Source of the DNA: Spirochaetia bacterium
GTDB lineage: Bacteria; Spirochaetota; Spirochaetia; SP-2023
Length of the DNA stretch: 64,000 nt
Assembly (NCBI GenBank): GCA_965263295.1
Contig: OZ253665.1
Coordinates: forward strand, 768,001 to 832,000
Direction of reading: 5' to 3'
How positions within the stretch are numbered: position 1 is the first letter of the stretch; every line of letters begins with the position of its first letter. Under the pieces are notes generated by a model. It made no database searches. It was not told the DNA's origin and worked only from the letters and a program-made list of their open reading frames with translations. Of this stretch, positions 52,459 to 63,471 are shown one piece after another. A program made the position numbers and the translations under genes.

Positions 52459-55400
52459 ATGCCTCACAGAGTTGATTCCTCCGCCTCCTTTCCTCGCTTG
52501 CAATTAATCTTACAGCTGCTTTGGGGGCTCCTGCTTCCCGCATTGTATGTGGAAGCAGGGGCACCGTTATTGAGGGCTCAGGCCCCTGTTGGTGCGGCGG
52601 TGGATGATGCTGGCGATTCACAACGTGAACAACGCTTGCAAGCACTCCGCCTGCGGGCCCAACAGGATGATATTGCTACAGCGAGTTATTTTGAATTGCA
52701 GGAGTTGGCGCGTGAATTGGGCGTCGAGCCGAACAGCGATATCAATACTTTGCGGGCAGCGTTGTACAGCAAATTGGATATTCCGGCGCCGGCCAGTGAG
52801 ATTGCAGACCAAGAAGATCTGGTCATTCGTATTGAATCAGCCCAGAAGGCCAAGGCTTTTACAGTCGAGCGCCAAGAAGATGACAGCGAAGATTATTTTA
52901 AAATCAGCGGGGGTGTCAAAGTTTACATTACAGACAAGCGTGAAGGTTATGAACATAGCGTGTATGCCGACACCATCACGTTCAACCGCAAACAGAATAC
53001 CATACGTGCCGAGGGTCAAGTTATATACATTCAAAAGAAACTTGACAGTAATGATGATAATGACACGGAAAAGTTTACCGGTGACTCTTTGATTTTTCGC
53101 TTGCGCGTCTGGCGCGGAGTTATTTTTTATGGCGTCTTCTCACGCGCCCAGACGACGGAAACTCAGCGCCCGATTGATGTTCATGCCAGTTCCTCCAATC
53201 CAGAAAAGACAAAAGCCGATCCTGAGGCCAATGCCACCGAGGACGACGACTCGTTGTTAGGGGAGAGCGTTCTGGCTCAGAATAATATCCATTATTATTT
53301 TGACGGTGAAAAGATGCGCAAGGGCAGCGACGATGTATTGGTACTGGAAAAGGGAGCTATCTCCACCAGTGAAAGCGAAGAGACGGAGTATTTCCGCCTG
53401 GGATTCCACCGCCTGTGGATTTTTGGCAAGCCAGAGTGGGCCATGCTCAGTGCCACGTTGTATGTCGGTCACATTCCCGTGCTGTACTTGCCCTACTATT
53501 ATCATAATGATAGCCAGATATTGTTCCACCCGGTATTCGGCTTGGGCGAAGCTTACGGTCAATTTATTCAGACAACTACTTATCTTTTGGGCAAGCCAGA
53601 AGCGGGCAGCACGGATTCTTTTTCCTTTTTGCCGGTTAACTCGGGCGCAGACGAAGATAGTGAGCTGAAACTGGAAGCTTTACATCTCGTTGCCGCCGAT
53701 AATGAAGACAAAAAAAAAAGCAAGTTAGGGGCGGACAGTTACCTCAAGTTCATGCTGGATTATTACAGTTATGTCGGAATATTTAGCGGTATAGATGGGA
53801 ATCTGACGGATTTGGGAATTATTGACAGTCTAGTTTTTAATGACTCACTGGCTTATGCCTATTCGCTGGAGGAACGAACTGGCGCCGGCTTTGCCACTGC
53901 GAAACCGTACATCTTGGGCGATGATGGCAAGTACAGCTTGCAGCCGGTTGAAACTAATTTGTTTGGACTGGCGCTACCTTTCCGTTATGGGTTTGAAAAC
54001 AGTTTGAGCAGCGAGAATGATTTTGTGAATATTGACTTCAAGCATTATTCAGATCCGTTTTTTCGCCGTGATTATTTAAACCGCAAGGAAATATTTGACT
54101 GGTTGGGCTATGGCTTAGAGCGCATGCAGAGCGATAACGACAAGCTCCTGGAAAAGTGGCGCAAAAAAGAATCCGTTATTTCCAGCTATAAATGGGAGAT
54201 CGGTTTGAACTTGAGGCCGCGCTTTAGAACTTCACTCATCTCTTCATTTGAACTCAAAGCTTATCTTGCCTCATACTTTGACAAGAAGACTGATTCTGAG
54301 CGCAAAGCCTATGACCCAACGCGTGAATTCTTCTACCCGGACAAGTTTTTTCTCCCAGATACTTCGCTACGTATGTCGGGAACTATTTGGCCTCTGCAAC
54401 AAGACAGTCAACAATCAAAATACAGTGGGGACCTGCCCATCCTAAAAGATTGGAAATATCAGCCCAATTCTGATGAAACCAGCACGGCAACAGATCAGGA
54501 AGCAGCCGCCGCGACTACAGCCGCCGCCAATGCCGACAAAATAATTCAAAAGCCTGAAGGACTTGAAAAGATTAAGCGCGACGAACAAGTTAAAACAGTC
54601 AGTTTTGAGACCACCTACAACCTGACGTCACAAAACCTGATGGAAAGCAATACCGATAATGATCAGTGGACCCGCGTTGAAGATATCGAATTGAACAATA
54701 AGGAATTGAAATTTTCTGGCAGAGAGGCTCTGCAGCTGGTCACGGGCTGGAAAATTTTTGATGACTTTTTGAATATCGACTTGCAGCACAGCCTGGATGC
54801 CCATATTGCACACTACTTCGACATCGCAGACCAAACCGAGGATTCCAACGACCTGACGGCGACGAAGCAAGCTAATAAATGGAACTGGAGTGAAGAATCC
54901 GACATTGTGCTTAGACCGTTTCATCTAATTGACTGGTTTGCCAATACCTCCATCACTCACAATATTCAGGCTGTGATGTATGATTATAAATATAATGTCG
55001 AGAGCCAAAACCATGAAGGTACATTTTTGGACCTAGGACAGTCAGATGCCGAGTTACGCGAGCGTATCACTGCCCATAGTTTGGTTACCTTGCTTGACTT
55101 TCAGCCAATTAAAGATGCTTATAATCCGATTAACAACTTACAAGTCAGCATCAGCATGACGAACGCCCTGCCTCCTTTGGAGTCCGAGAATACTTTAAAA
55201 AATCGCCTGTTTTTTGAATTTTTCCACTGGTCTCATGACGTTTCAATTGAATTCCAACAGAGTGGGGATGACGATCCAGATTTCTACGTTCAGCCGCTGA
55301 ATTATACTTCAATCTATAAGCCCATTGCCAAGGTGGAGCTTAAAAACATGATGATATATAATTTTGAAGCCGAGGCTAGGGGAGAACAGGAACCTCACTT

Positions 55401-56067
55401 TGACAAGGAAGAGATCTCGTTTAATGCCTGGTGGTTTAGTGGCGGGTTGTATTTCCTGTATACCCAACCTTATGTGTGGGACAAACAAAACCTGGGCTGG
55501 GAGGCTAAGGGAGACCTTGAACTGATTCCGGATAAAACCTTTTTGGCTTTTGAGCTGACGACCAAGGAACGTTACTTGTGGAAAAACCGCATGCTGTACT
55601 ATTTTACCTTGAACATGCGTTGGGATCAGGACTTGATTCGCTATAATGAAACTTCCTCTTTAACTTTGGACTTTACGTTCAGTTTCTTTATTTATGAATT
55701 TTTAAACCTTCAGATATCCTACCGCATGAGCAATGAACGGCTCTATCTCTATTATCCCGGCATGAAAGAATTTCTGGGCTTTACACAGGATTACTCCCTT
55801 TTGCAGGACTTATTAAATAGTGTGAGCTTTTGGGACGAGAACTTGCAAAAGAAGGGCTTGTTCAAGATGAAAGACATCCGCGTTTTGGCCATCCATCACT
55901 TGAAGGACTGGGATATGATTTTCGAATTTGCCGGTAAGCCTAAGCAAGTTGGCCGTAATCTGAGCTGGGATTATGCCATCGGTTTCTACCTGCGTTGGAT
56001 ACCCATTCCTTTAATCAAGCGTCATGTCACTTTTGAAAATGATATTTTGCGTACAGATGCGCGTTAG
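52459..56067 (+). CDS. lptD: LptD-like outer-membrane assembly protein (spirochaete type)
   Basis: N-terminal beta-jellyroll (IESAQ, ADTITFNR), LYVGHIPVLYLPY, G.FIQTT.Y, YSDPFF, aromatic beta-strand C-terminus. Confidence 0.75.
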   Translation: MPHRVDSSASFPRLQLILQLLWGLLLPALYVEAGAPLLRAQAPVGAAVDDAGDSQREQRLQALRLRAQQDDIATASYFELQELARELGVEPNSDINTLRAALYSKLDIPAPASEIADQEDLVIRIESAQKAKAFTVERQEDDSEDYFKISGGVKVYITDKREGYEHSVYADTITFNRKQNTIRAEGQVIYIQKKLDSNDDNDTEKFTGDSLIFRLRVWRGVIFYGVFSRAQTTETQRPIDVHASSSNPEKTKADPEANATEDDDSLLGESVLAQNNIHYYFDGEKMRKGSDDVLVLEKGAISTSESEETEYFRLGFHRLWIFGKPEWAMLSATLYVGHIPVLYLPYYYHNDSQILFHPVFGLGEAYGQFIQTTTYLLGKPEAGSTDSFSFLPVNSGADEDSELKLEALHLVAADNEDKKKSKLGADSYLKFMLDYYSYVGIFSGIDGNLTDLGIIDSLVFNDSLAYAYSLEERTGAGFATAKPYILGDDGKYSLQPVETNLFGLALPFRYGFENSLSSENDFVNIDFKHYSDPFFRRDYLNRKEIFDWLGYGLERMQSDNDKLLEKWRKKESVISSYKWEIGLNLRPRFRTSLISSFELKAYLASYFDKKTDSERKAYDPTREFFYPDKFFLPDTSLRMSGTIWPLQQDSQQSKYSGDLPILKDWKYQPNSDETSTATDQEAAAATTAAANADKIIQKPEGLEKIKRDEQVKTVSFETTYNLTSQNLMESNTDNDQWTRVEDIELNNKELKFSGREALQLVTGWKIFDDFLNIDLQHSLDAHIAHYFDIADQTEDSNDLTATKQANKWNWSEESDIVLRPFHLIDWFANTSITHNIQAVMYDYKYNVESQNHEGTFLDLGQSDAELRERITAHSLVTLLDFQPIKDAYNPINNLQVSISMTNALPPLESENTLKNRLFFEFFHWSHDVSIEFQQSGDDDPDFYVQPLNYTSIYKPIAKVELKNMMIYNFEAEARGEQEPHFDKEEISFNAWWFSGGLYFLYTQPYVWDKQNLGWEAKGDLELIPDKTFLAFELTTKERYLWKNRMLYYFTLNMRWDQDLIRYNETSSLTLDFTFSFFIYEFLNLQISYRMSNERLYLYYPGMKEFLGFTQDYSLLQDLLNSVSFWDENLQKKGLFKMKDIRVLAIHHLKDWDMIFEFAGKPKQVGRNLSWDYAIGFYLRWIPIPLIKRHVTFENDILRTDAR

Positions 56068-56403
56068 CTCTCGTCAATTTTTTTTAATGATTTTTTGTAT
56101 CATAAAGAGTTGTTTCATATAATCTGGGCCGGCTTTGGAGCTGGCCTCACTGTTGGCAGAAGTGGGAGGCTAATGGCTAAGAATTGATTATTAATTACGG
56201 CATTGAATTCAATTGCCTGACTTGCCTGAATCCGCTCACAAAGAAGCTGAAATTTAATTTGCCAGGGATTTGCAAGCGACTGGCGATTAAAATTATTGTG
56301 CCGGCACTGAATTGCATTGTGGCTATTGGCCAAACTGGATATAATGCGTTTTTATTCTTCTGTTAAATTCCTCCCTTAACAAGCTGTTGTAGATATTTAG
56401 GAT

Positions 56404-58428
56404 ATGCCCATTGTGAGTGCTCCCCTCAACCCTGAACAACTCGACGCCGTGCAAAACACCGAAGGCCCTTTGTTGATAATCGCTGGAGCGGGTAGCGGCA
56501 AAACCCGTGTCATCATTCAGCGCATTGTGCATCTATTGAAGCGTGGTATTGATTCTCGCAGTATTTTGGCCTTGACCTTTACCAATAAGGCGGCCCAGGA
56601 AATGCGTGAACGCATTGGAGAAGAGATTGGCAAAGGGCAGGCGCGAGGTTTGACTTTGCTAACTTTTCATTCTTTTGGCATGCAGGTTTTACAGCATCAC
56701 GCAAAACTGCTGCGATACAACGGCAATTTCAGTATTTACGATGTCGCGGACGCCCTGAGCTGCCTGAAGGAATCCGCCGCAGAGCTGAAGTGGGATACCG
56801 ATTTTAACCGGCTCAAACAAGGCCAAGAAGTGATTAGCCGCATTAAAATGCAGCGCGCTGAGTGGGACGAAGAAAGCCTGCCGTTCAAAGATTTGTACGA
56901 AGAGTATCACCGCCATTTAAAAGCATATAACGCTTTTGACTTTGACGATTTGATCTGTAGGCCCGTACAGCTTTGGAACGAACACCCCGAAGTGTTGGAG
57001 CGTTATCGGCAGCGCTATCGCTATGTCATGGTCGATGAATTTCAGGATACTTCCATCCTGCAATATCGCCTTCTGCGTCAACTGGTCTCTGTGCACAGAA
57101 ATATCTGTTGTGTCGGCGATGATGATCAGTCTATTTATTCTTGGCGTGGGGCCAATTTTGAAAATATTCGTCTCTTTGAGCGCGATTTTCCCGAGCGCAA
57201 GGAAATTCGCCTGGAGCGCAATTATCGTTCTACGAAAACTATTTTAGACGCGGCCAACGCCGTAATTCGCCACAACCAGCGCCGTAAAGACAAAAACCTG
57301 CGCCCCGAAACGGCTGGAGATGAGAGCCTGATCGTCTGCCATTTCCCCGCGAATGATGAGGATGAGGCGCGCTTTGTCTGCGACACGATCCGTAAAATGC
57401 GCGCGCTGGAACATGTGAAATACGACGAAATTGGCGTGCTTGTGCGTACCAACAAATTGATGCGAACCCTGGAATCCCAGCTATTGGCGGCACGCATGCC
57501 TTATGTCGTCTCTGGTGGACAAAGTTTTTTTCAGCGAACTGAAATTAAGGACCTGATCGCTTATTTGCGCGTGCTGCAAAATCCAGATGACGATGTGAGT
57601 CTCCTGCGTATTATTAACAAACCGAACCGTCGTATCGGGCCTAAATCGGTGGAGAAGCTGCGCAGCTTGGCCCATATACAAAGTTGGAGTCTCTATGAGA
57701 CCATGCGCGATATGGTACTCAACAACGACCCACGCCACCCTGAATTAGTGCAAAGTTGTGCCGATTTTGTGATGCTGCTTGAAGAACTGCGCCCACAATT
57801 TCTGAAAGCGCCAGCTCCCGATGTCAGCCTGGCCCAGCTGAGTCTGACCTTGATTGAAGAAATTGACTACTGGGGCTTTCTGTTACAACAGTTCCCCGCG
57901 CGCCCCGAAGGAGCGAAGCGGCGCTACGAATTGATGACTAGTTTTTGCGAGATGCTCAGACGCTGGGAAACGCATGAAAGCGTTACACCGCGCAGCCTGA
58001 AGTCGTGGCTCAACCGCATTAGCCTAATCACCCGCGACGAGCTGAGCGACGAAAGTGAAGGCAAAATTAGCCTGTCGACTATTCATGCCGTCAAGGGCTT
58101 AGAGTTTGACCTGGTTTTGCTTTGCGGTGTGGAAGAGGGGATTTTGCCGCATTCGCGCTCTCTAGAAGAGCATGCTTACGATGAAGAGGAAGAGCGGCGG
58201 CTGTTTTACGTCGCTGTGACGCGTGCCAAGCGCTGGCTTTACTTGACCAGCTGCCAGAGTCGTATGAAAAATGGGCGGGAGGAAGATTGCCAGGTCTCTG
58301 CGTTTATCAATGAGATTCCCAGCCAGCTTACAAGTGCCGAACTGGAGCTTTCAGAAAATGAAGAAGAAAAAATGCTGGAACAGGCAATGGCGAACTTGCC
58401 TTGGCTGCGCTTGAGCACAGGGAGATAA
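56404..58428 (+). CDS. UvrD/Rep/PcrA superfamily 1 DNA helicase
   Basis: LNPEQ, AGAGSGKT, TFTNKAA, VDEFQD, VGDDDQSIY, NYRS, HAVKGLEF, EERRLFYVAVTRA. Confidence 0.95.
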   Translation: MPIVSAPLNPEQLDAVQNTEGPLLIIAGAGSGKTRVIIQRIVHLLKRGIDSRSILALTFTNKAAQEMRERIGEEIGKGQARGLTLLTFHSFGMQVLQHHAKLLRYNGNFSIYDVADALSCLKESAAELKWDTDFNRLKQGQEVISRIKMQRAEWDEESLPFKDLYEEYHRHLKAYNAFDFDDLICRPVQLWNEHPEVLERYRQRYRYVMVDEFQDTSILQYRLLRQLVSVHRNICCVGDDDQSIYSWRGANFENIRLFERDFPERKEIRLERNYRSTKTILDAANAVIRHNQRRKDKNLRPETAGDESLIVCHFPANDEDEARFVCDTIRKMRALEHVKYDEIGVLVRTNKLMRTLESQLLAARMPYVVSGGQSFFQRTEIKDLIAYLRVLQNPDDDVSLLRIINKPNRRIGPKSVEKLRSLAHIQSWSLYETMRDMVLNNDPRHPELVQSCADFVMLLEELRPQFLKAPAPDVSLAQLSLTLIEEIDYWGFLLQQFPARPEGAKRRYELMTSFCEMLRRWETHESVTPRSLKSWLNRISLITRDELSDESEGKISLSTIHAVKGLEFDLVLLCGVEEGILPHSRSLEEHAYDEEEERRLFYVAVTRAKRWLYLTSCQSRMKNGREEDCQVSAFINEIPSQLTSAELELSENEEEKMLEQAMANLPWLRLSTGR

Positions 58429-58437
58429 TGGATCGAT

Positions 58438-58962
58438 ATGTTTGACGAACAAGATCGGGGTGGACAGAGACGTGAACAAGCCGTCGCCCATCTGAGTGCC
58501 GCGATTTCTTATTTGCGCGATTGTGAGATTCAGGATGCCGAGCCTAGCGCCCGGCGTTGTTTGGAGCTGTTCGCCAACTGGATGCAAAGTGAGAAATCCT
58601 GGCAAGAGCCCGTATTAAGTCTAATGGATGCCAATGGTTACAGCGGTAGCATTGAAGATTCGGGGGCCATATACGGGCTGTGCCCGCATCACCTGGTGCC
58701 ATATTTTGGCAGCTATAATCTACGTTTTACCCCAGGTAAACAAATCTTGGGCCTATCGTCAATTAGTCGGGCAGTGGACGCTTTTTGCCGCCGTGCCCTG
58801 CTGCAAGAAGACTTGACTCAAGAATTAGGTGAGTTTTTTCATCGCAATTTACAGCCTGAATCTCTGGAGTTGCGCATTGCCGCCCGTCACTTTTGCAGGG
58901 AAATGCGCGCGATAAACCACAGCAGCCGGGCGAACGATTTTGTCACCTGTTGGCGAATTTGA
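58438..58962 (+). CDS. folE: GTP cyclohydrolase I-like protein, highly divergent
   Basis: LCPHHLVPYFG, ILGLS, RR.LLQE.LT, ARHFC.EMR. Confidence 0.72.
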   Translation: MFDEQDRGGQRREQAVAHLSAAISYLRDCEIQDAEPSARRCLELFANWMQSEKSWQEPVLSLMDANGYSGSIEDSGAIYGLCPHHLVPYFGSYNLRFTPGKQILGLSSISRAVDAFCRRALLQEDLTQELGEFFHRNLQPESLELRIAARHFCREMRAINHSSRANDFVTCWRI

Positions 58963-59128
58963 AGGCGGGCGGGCAATTTTTTACCACTAATTTTAGTCTC
59001 CCATGCCGTGCAATTAAGTTCTGTTTGCTCGCTTCTTAGACCTTTAATGGGTATTCAACTGGCATTCAATGGGCATCCTGCGAGCATTCAGGAGGCTGCG
59101 ACGTCAAGCAAAAGGCACAATTCAATTG

Positions 59129-59157
59129 TTGACAAAGTCAAATATTCGCCCTAACCT
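59129..59157 (+). promoter_or_regulatory. Sigma70 promoter of SDR gene
   Basis: TTGACA-N17-TAACCT, AGGAG RBS downstream. Confidence 0.6.
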
Positions 59158-59192
59158 TTCGGGGATTATAAATTCGATCAGAGGAGAATTTC

Positions 59193-60011
59193 ATGCCAGA
59201 CAAAGTCGCATTGGTGAGTGGAGCTTCTTCAGGTATTGGCCTGGATACAGCCCGCGATTTGCTAAAAAAAGGGTTCATCGTCTATGGAGCGGCACGCCGT
59301 GTGGACCGGATGCAGCCTTTACTGGAGGGCGGAGGACGAGCTCTGCAACTGGATATTTGCAAGGATGAAGATATTGTTGCCGCGGTGGCACAGATAGAAC
59401 GGGAGGAAGGGCGCCTGGATGTGCTCGTCAACAATGCGGGTTATGGCTCGTATGGGCCCTTGGAAGAAGTGCCGCAGGACGAAGCTCGGCGGCAATTTGA
59501 TGTCAATATCTTTGGACTGGCTCGCCTGACACAAGAAGTACTGCCGCTAATGCGCAAGCAAAAAAGTGGGCGCATCATCAATATTTCTTCGATGGGCGGA
59601 GTGGTCGTTACTCCGTTAGGGAATTGGTATCACGCAACTAAATTCGCCTTGGAGGGGCTTTCTGATACCATGCGCCTGGAACTGGCGCAGTTTGGTATTG
59701 AGGTCATCGTAATTCAGCCGGGAGCCATCGCCACGGAATGGGGCGGCATTGCCGCCGAGGGCATGAAGCCTTATGCCGAAAACGGCGCATACACCGATTT
59801 TACCCGCAAGGTAATCAAGCTTTTTGCAGCAGAGACGCAAGGTTCTCCGACATCTGTAGTCAGCCAGGCGATTTGTCATGCCGCCACGGCACGTAAACCG
59901 AAGACGCGGTATGCCATCGGTAAATTTGCCAAAAGCTATATAAGAATGCGGCGTTTACTCAGCGATCGCGCCTACACTCAAATGATTTTAAGAGTCCTGG
60001 CCAGAGCTTAA
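59193..60011 (+). CDS. Classical SDR oxidoreductase
   Basis: SGASSGIG, VNNAGYG, YHATK. Confidence 0.92.
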   Translation: MPDKVALVSGASSGIGLDTARDLLKKGFIVYGAARRVDRMQPLLEGGGRALQLDICKDEDIVAAVAQIEREEGRLDVLVNNAGYGSYGPLEEVPQDEARRQFDVNIFGLARLTQEVLPLMRKQKSGRIINISSMGGVVVTPLGNWYHATKFALEGLSDTMRLELAQFGIEVIVIQPGAIATEWGGIAAEGMKPYAENGAYTDFTRKVIKLFAAETQGSPTSVVSQAICHAATARKPKTRYAIGKFAKSYIRMRRLLSDRAYTQMILRVLARA

Positions 60012-60238
60012 GCCTAACATTTGCAGCTCCCCATTTCTTAGCGGGGCTTAATGTCTAGAGGGGCTAATGGGGAAACGAGAGGCTAATACAAAGGCGTCAA
60101 TTGCACCCGCATGCTATTGCATTTGCCGTAATTTTAATTTGCCTCAGTTGCTTAGGCCGGCAAGTATTGCAGGTTCAAGACGCGGTTTCGTTGTGGAACT
60201 TTTAAATCTTGAATCACGCCGCGCGATGGGGACCTGAC

Positions 60239-62557
60239 GTGAAGCTGTTTGATGAAGATCAGGCCCAAGGGCCCCGAAAATTTGGAAAGTCTCAAACGGG
60301 GTCCCCAAATATACAGAAATTGAGCCTCGCACCGGTGGAGGCATCCTCATTCGGTACGGACGGAGAGCCTTTGGCCAGCCGCATGCGACCACGAAATCTG
60401 GCTGAATTTGTCGGACAAGCCCACTTGCTGGGCCCACAAGGCTTTCTTCGGCGGGCGTTACGGCAAGAAATGCAAACCACAGTGACCCACAGTGGCCTGG
60501 GGAGTATTATTTTGTGGGGGCCGCCGGGCACGGGCAAGACAACTCTGGCCCGGCTCCTGGCGCACGAGACTCAGCGGACGCTTTTGCAGCTCCGTGCCGT
60601 AATGGATGGCTTGAAGGAGCTGCGAGTTTGTCTGCAGCGGGCCAGGGCTTTGGCTGAGACTGGCGGCGGCCAGGCGCGAGCGCCAATTCTGTTTGTCGAT
60701 GAGATCCACCGCTGGAACAAGGCACAGCAAGATGCCCTGCTGCCATGGCTTGAGTGCGGCACCGTGCTGCTAATCGGGGCGACGACCGAAAACCCGGCCT
60801 TTGAGTTGAATAATGCCTTGCTCAGCCGAGCGCGGGTAATGGAACTTGCCTGCCTGGATGAGTCTGAATTGCGCCTGGTTTTGCAGCGGGCCCTGCAGGA
60901 CGAAGAACGGGGTGTGGCCCGGAGCGGCCTGTGCCTAGAAAATGATGCCGAGCAATATTTATTGCAACACAGCGGCGGCGACGCGCGCCGCCTGCTGAAT
61001 GCTGTCGAATTGCTGGCTTCTGCCTCCAATCCAGGGCGGCAAAAAGTTCCCTTGGGCCGCGATATCGTCAAGAATTATTTACAGCGACAAAATCTCTACG
61101 ATCGCAATGGCGATTGCCATTATGATACCGTCAGCGCGTTTATAAAATCCGTGCGTGGTTCCGATGTCGATTCGGCACTGTATTGGCTTCAGGTCATGCT
61201 TCAGGGAGGCGAAAATCCGCGCTTCATTTGGCGCCGTCTCTTGATCTTGACCGCTGAGGATATCGGCCTGGCTGACCCGCAAGCTTTGGTTCAAGTCCAG
61301 GCTGCGGCTCAAGCCTTTGAATATGTCGGGCTGCCGGAAGGGGAATATTTCTTGAGCCAGGCGACCATTTATTTGTCCTTGGCACCCAAAAGCAACAGTG
61401 TCGGGGCCTTTTGGCAGGCCAAGGCGTTGCTGCGGGAACGAGAGCTGCTGCCTGTACCGCCGCATTTGCGCGAGCAAGCCAAGAGCGAAGCGAAACGCGA
61501 AAGTGTCCGCACTAGTGTGCGAGCTGCTTGCGAGGCCGAACACGGCTATCTTTATCCCCACCGTTTTCCGGGACATTGGGTTGAGCAGAACTACAGCCAC
61601 CCACAACTGCTCGGGCAGATTTACCGGCCTGGTTATGCAATGGAACTACAGGGCTGGGAGGCGCAGCGTTTTGCCCAGCATCAGGTCCGGCTTGAGATAT
61701 GGCACGAAGCCCAGCGCTTGGAACAAAGTTGGCACAGCGGTCAAGATTTGCTTGACGGGCTGCCTCAAGAGCCGCTTCATGAACCACTTCATGGGCATGG
61801 GCCGCGCAGCGAAGACTATTATCAAAATCGCCACGAGATTTTGCTGCTCTGGCAGAACTTGCGCGAAGAGTTGGCAAAATTTGGCATGGCACAGGGTTGG
61901 TCTGGATTGTCCATCAATGTCGATAAACCTGGGAATCAAATTCCTGGGGATCAGATCCCTGATCAAGTGCCACAGCCATCGCCGGAATTCCTGTTACAAG
62001 AATGGCAGCGGCGTTATGCACAGTCTGTCCACCGGGCAAATGGAATCCATGAGACTGGTGGCAAGGGACGGCAGCGAGCCGCGCAGATTTTCGCGCAAGT
62101 TTTATTGCTGCGTTCGCCCGAAAGCTTGTGCGAACTCAAGATAACAGAGCGGGCAGAAAAGCGAGACCAGCTTTGTTACGGGCTTCTTGCAGCTCCCTGG
62201 AAGGCGCGTGAGCTCGCGGCGCAGGAGATTCTACTGATCCTGGATCAACTTTTAGATCAAGGGGGACCACAGTTGCCGCCTGGCGTCAGTGCGGCCGTTT
62301 GCGAACTGCGGCAACAATGTCAGGAGCATTTTGCCGATGCCACTGCAGGACAAGTAAAGTGGCCGAATGACTGGGAACTGCGGCATCAATGGCAACTGGG
62401 TTATAGCCATATCTGCCATGCCAGATTGTGGCGGCGTTACGCCCGCCTGCTCCCTGAGTCTTTGCAGCAAGACTGGTTCGCCTTGCAGGAAGTCTTGCCG
62501 GCCAAGTTAAGTTTTGACTTTTGCAGACATTATATTTTACTGGAGGAGAAAACGTAA
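60239..62557 (+). CDS. rarA: Replication-associated recombination protein A (MgsA) with long C-terminal extension
   Basis: PLASRMRP, WGPPGTGKTTLA, DEIHR, GATTENP, SAFIKSVRGSD, EDIGLADP; start uncertain. Confidence 0.88.
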   Translation: MKLFDEDQAQGPRKFGKSQTGSPNIQKLSLAPVEASSFGTDGEPLASRMRPRNLAEFVGQAHLLGPQGFLRRALRQEMQTTVTHSGLGSIILWGPPGTGKTTLARLLAHETQRTLLQLRAVMDGLKELRVCLQRARALAETGGGQARAPILFVDEIHRWNKAQQDALLPWLECGTVLLIGATTENPAFELNNALLSRARVMELACLDESELRLVLQRALQDEERGVARSGLCLENDAEQYLLQHSGGDARRLLNAVELLASASNPGRQKVPLGRDIVKNYLQRQNLYDRNGDCHYDTVSAFIKSVRGSDVDSALYWLQVMLQGGENPRFIWRRLLILTAEDIGLADPQALVQVQAAAQAFEYVGLPEGEYFLSQATIYLSLAPKSNSVGAFWQAKALLRERELLPVPPHLREQAKSEAKRESVRTSVRAACEAEHGYLYPHRFPGHWVEQNYSHPQLLGQIYRPGYAMELQGWEAQRFAQHQVRLEIWHEAQRLEQSWHSGQDLLDGLPQEPLHEPLHGHGPRSEDYYQNRHEILLLWQNLREELAKFGMAQGWSGLSINVDKPGNQIPGDQIPDQVPQPSPEFLLQEWQRRYAQSVHRANGIHETGGKGRQRAAQIFAQVLLLRSPESLCELKITERAEKRDQLCYGLLAAPWKARELAAQEILLILDQLLDQGGPQLPPGVSAAVCELRQQCQEHFADATAGQVKWPNDWELRHQWQLGYSHICHARLWRRYARLLPESLQQDWFALQEVLPAKLSFDFCRHYILLEEKT

Positions 62558-62637
62558 ATTTTATCTAATTCCATTGCAATTACTTATTAATTTTTAATTA
62601 TTTGTTAATTTCTAAACTGATTATTTTTATAAATTAA

Positions 62638-63471
62638 TTAAAAAGTAAAAGCCAAATCTACCCCAAAGCCGACGTGCATGAACAATAAAAGGGTTCCGCT
62701 GCCTCCTGAAAGATCTGCAGGGGCGGACAGACTCAGCAGATCGCTGTGGCCGTTAATACGGAAGTAACTCGGCACAGTCAAAGCATCCTGATATTCGCCT
62801 GAAACAATGACAACGTTAGGGTTGATAACCAGGACGGGGGACAGGGCAATATTGTGGGTAATATTGAGATGATATTTCATGGTAGCCAGGGCGGAACCAT
62901 AAAAATCAAACATATTTGTCGCATCCGTTTGCTCTGCTTCAAGATAAGAACCGGTCAGTAAACCGCCGCCGAATTTGATCTGGATAGCTAGTCCCTGTGC
63001 ATATTGTTGACTGACGTAAAAAGTGAAGCCAAGCATTCCTCCCAGGTTCATAAAGGTATTATCGTCAATGTCTGCAGGTTGAAAGAGTCGGCGAGTCTGC
63101 CCAATTTCGGATGCGTAAAAGGTGGCTCCGAGAACAAGACCAAACATACGGCCTACCAAATGTTCCCACTCCATGTAGAGAAATCCCTGTGACAGACCGA
63201 TGATACTGGTGCTAATCGTATTGCGGTTAACCTCTTCAGGACTAGGGTAATCCAAGGGGTTTGTCTGGCGGTCAAAACTCTGACTTGGGCCCTTGGGTGA
63301 CAGGCCATAATTTGTGTCGTTGCCAAAATCAGAACCGTGATCGGCGCCGGCGCCGGGAATTTCGTCAGGATTCTGTTGCTGCGCATTGAAAGAAGGCGGA
63401 AACGCGAGCAGCAATACTGGCAGCAATATGCCAAACATAAGCAAAGAAGGGCGGAATAGTGTAAAACTCAT
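62638..63471 (-). CDS. Putative outer-membrane beta-barrel protein
   Basis: Signal peptide after GGAG RBS, amphipathic strands, terminal GVDLAFTF. Confidence 0.65.
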   Translation of the reverse strand: MSFTLFRPSLLMFGILLPVLLLAFPPSFNAQQQNPDEIPGAGADHGSDFGNDTNYGLSPKGPSQSFDRQTNPLDYPSPEEVNRNTISTSIIGLSQGFLYMEWEHLVGRMFGLVLGATFYASEIGQTRRLFQPADIDDNTFMNLGGMLGFTFYVSQQYAQGLAIQIKFGGGLLTGSYLEAEQTDATNMFDFYGSALATMKYHLNITHNIALSPVLVINPNVVIVSGEYQDALTVPSYFRINGHSDLLSLSAPADLSGGSGTLLLFMHVGFGVDLAFTF

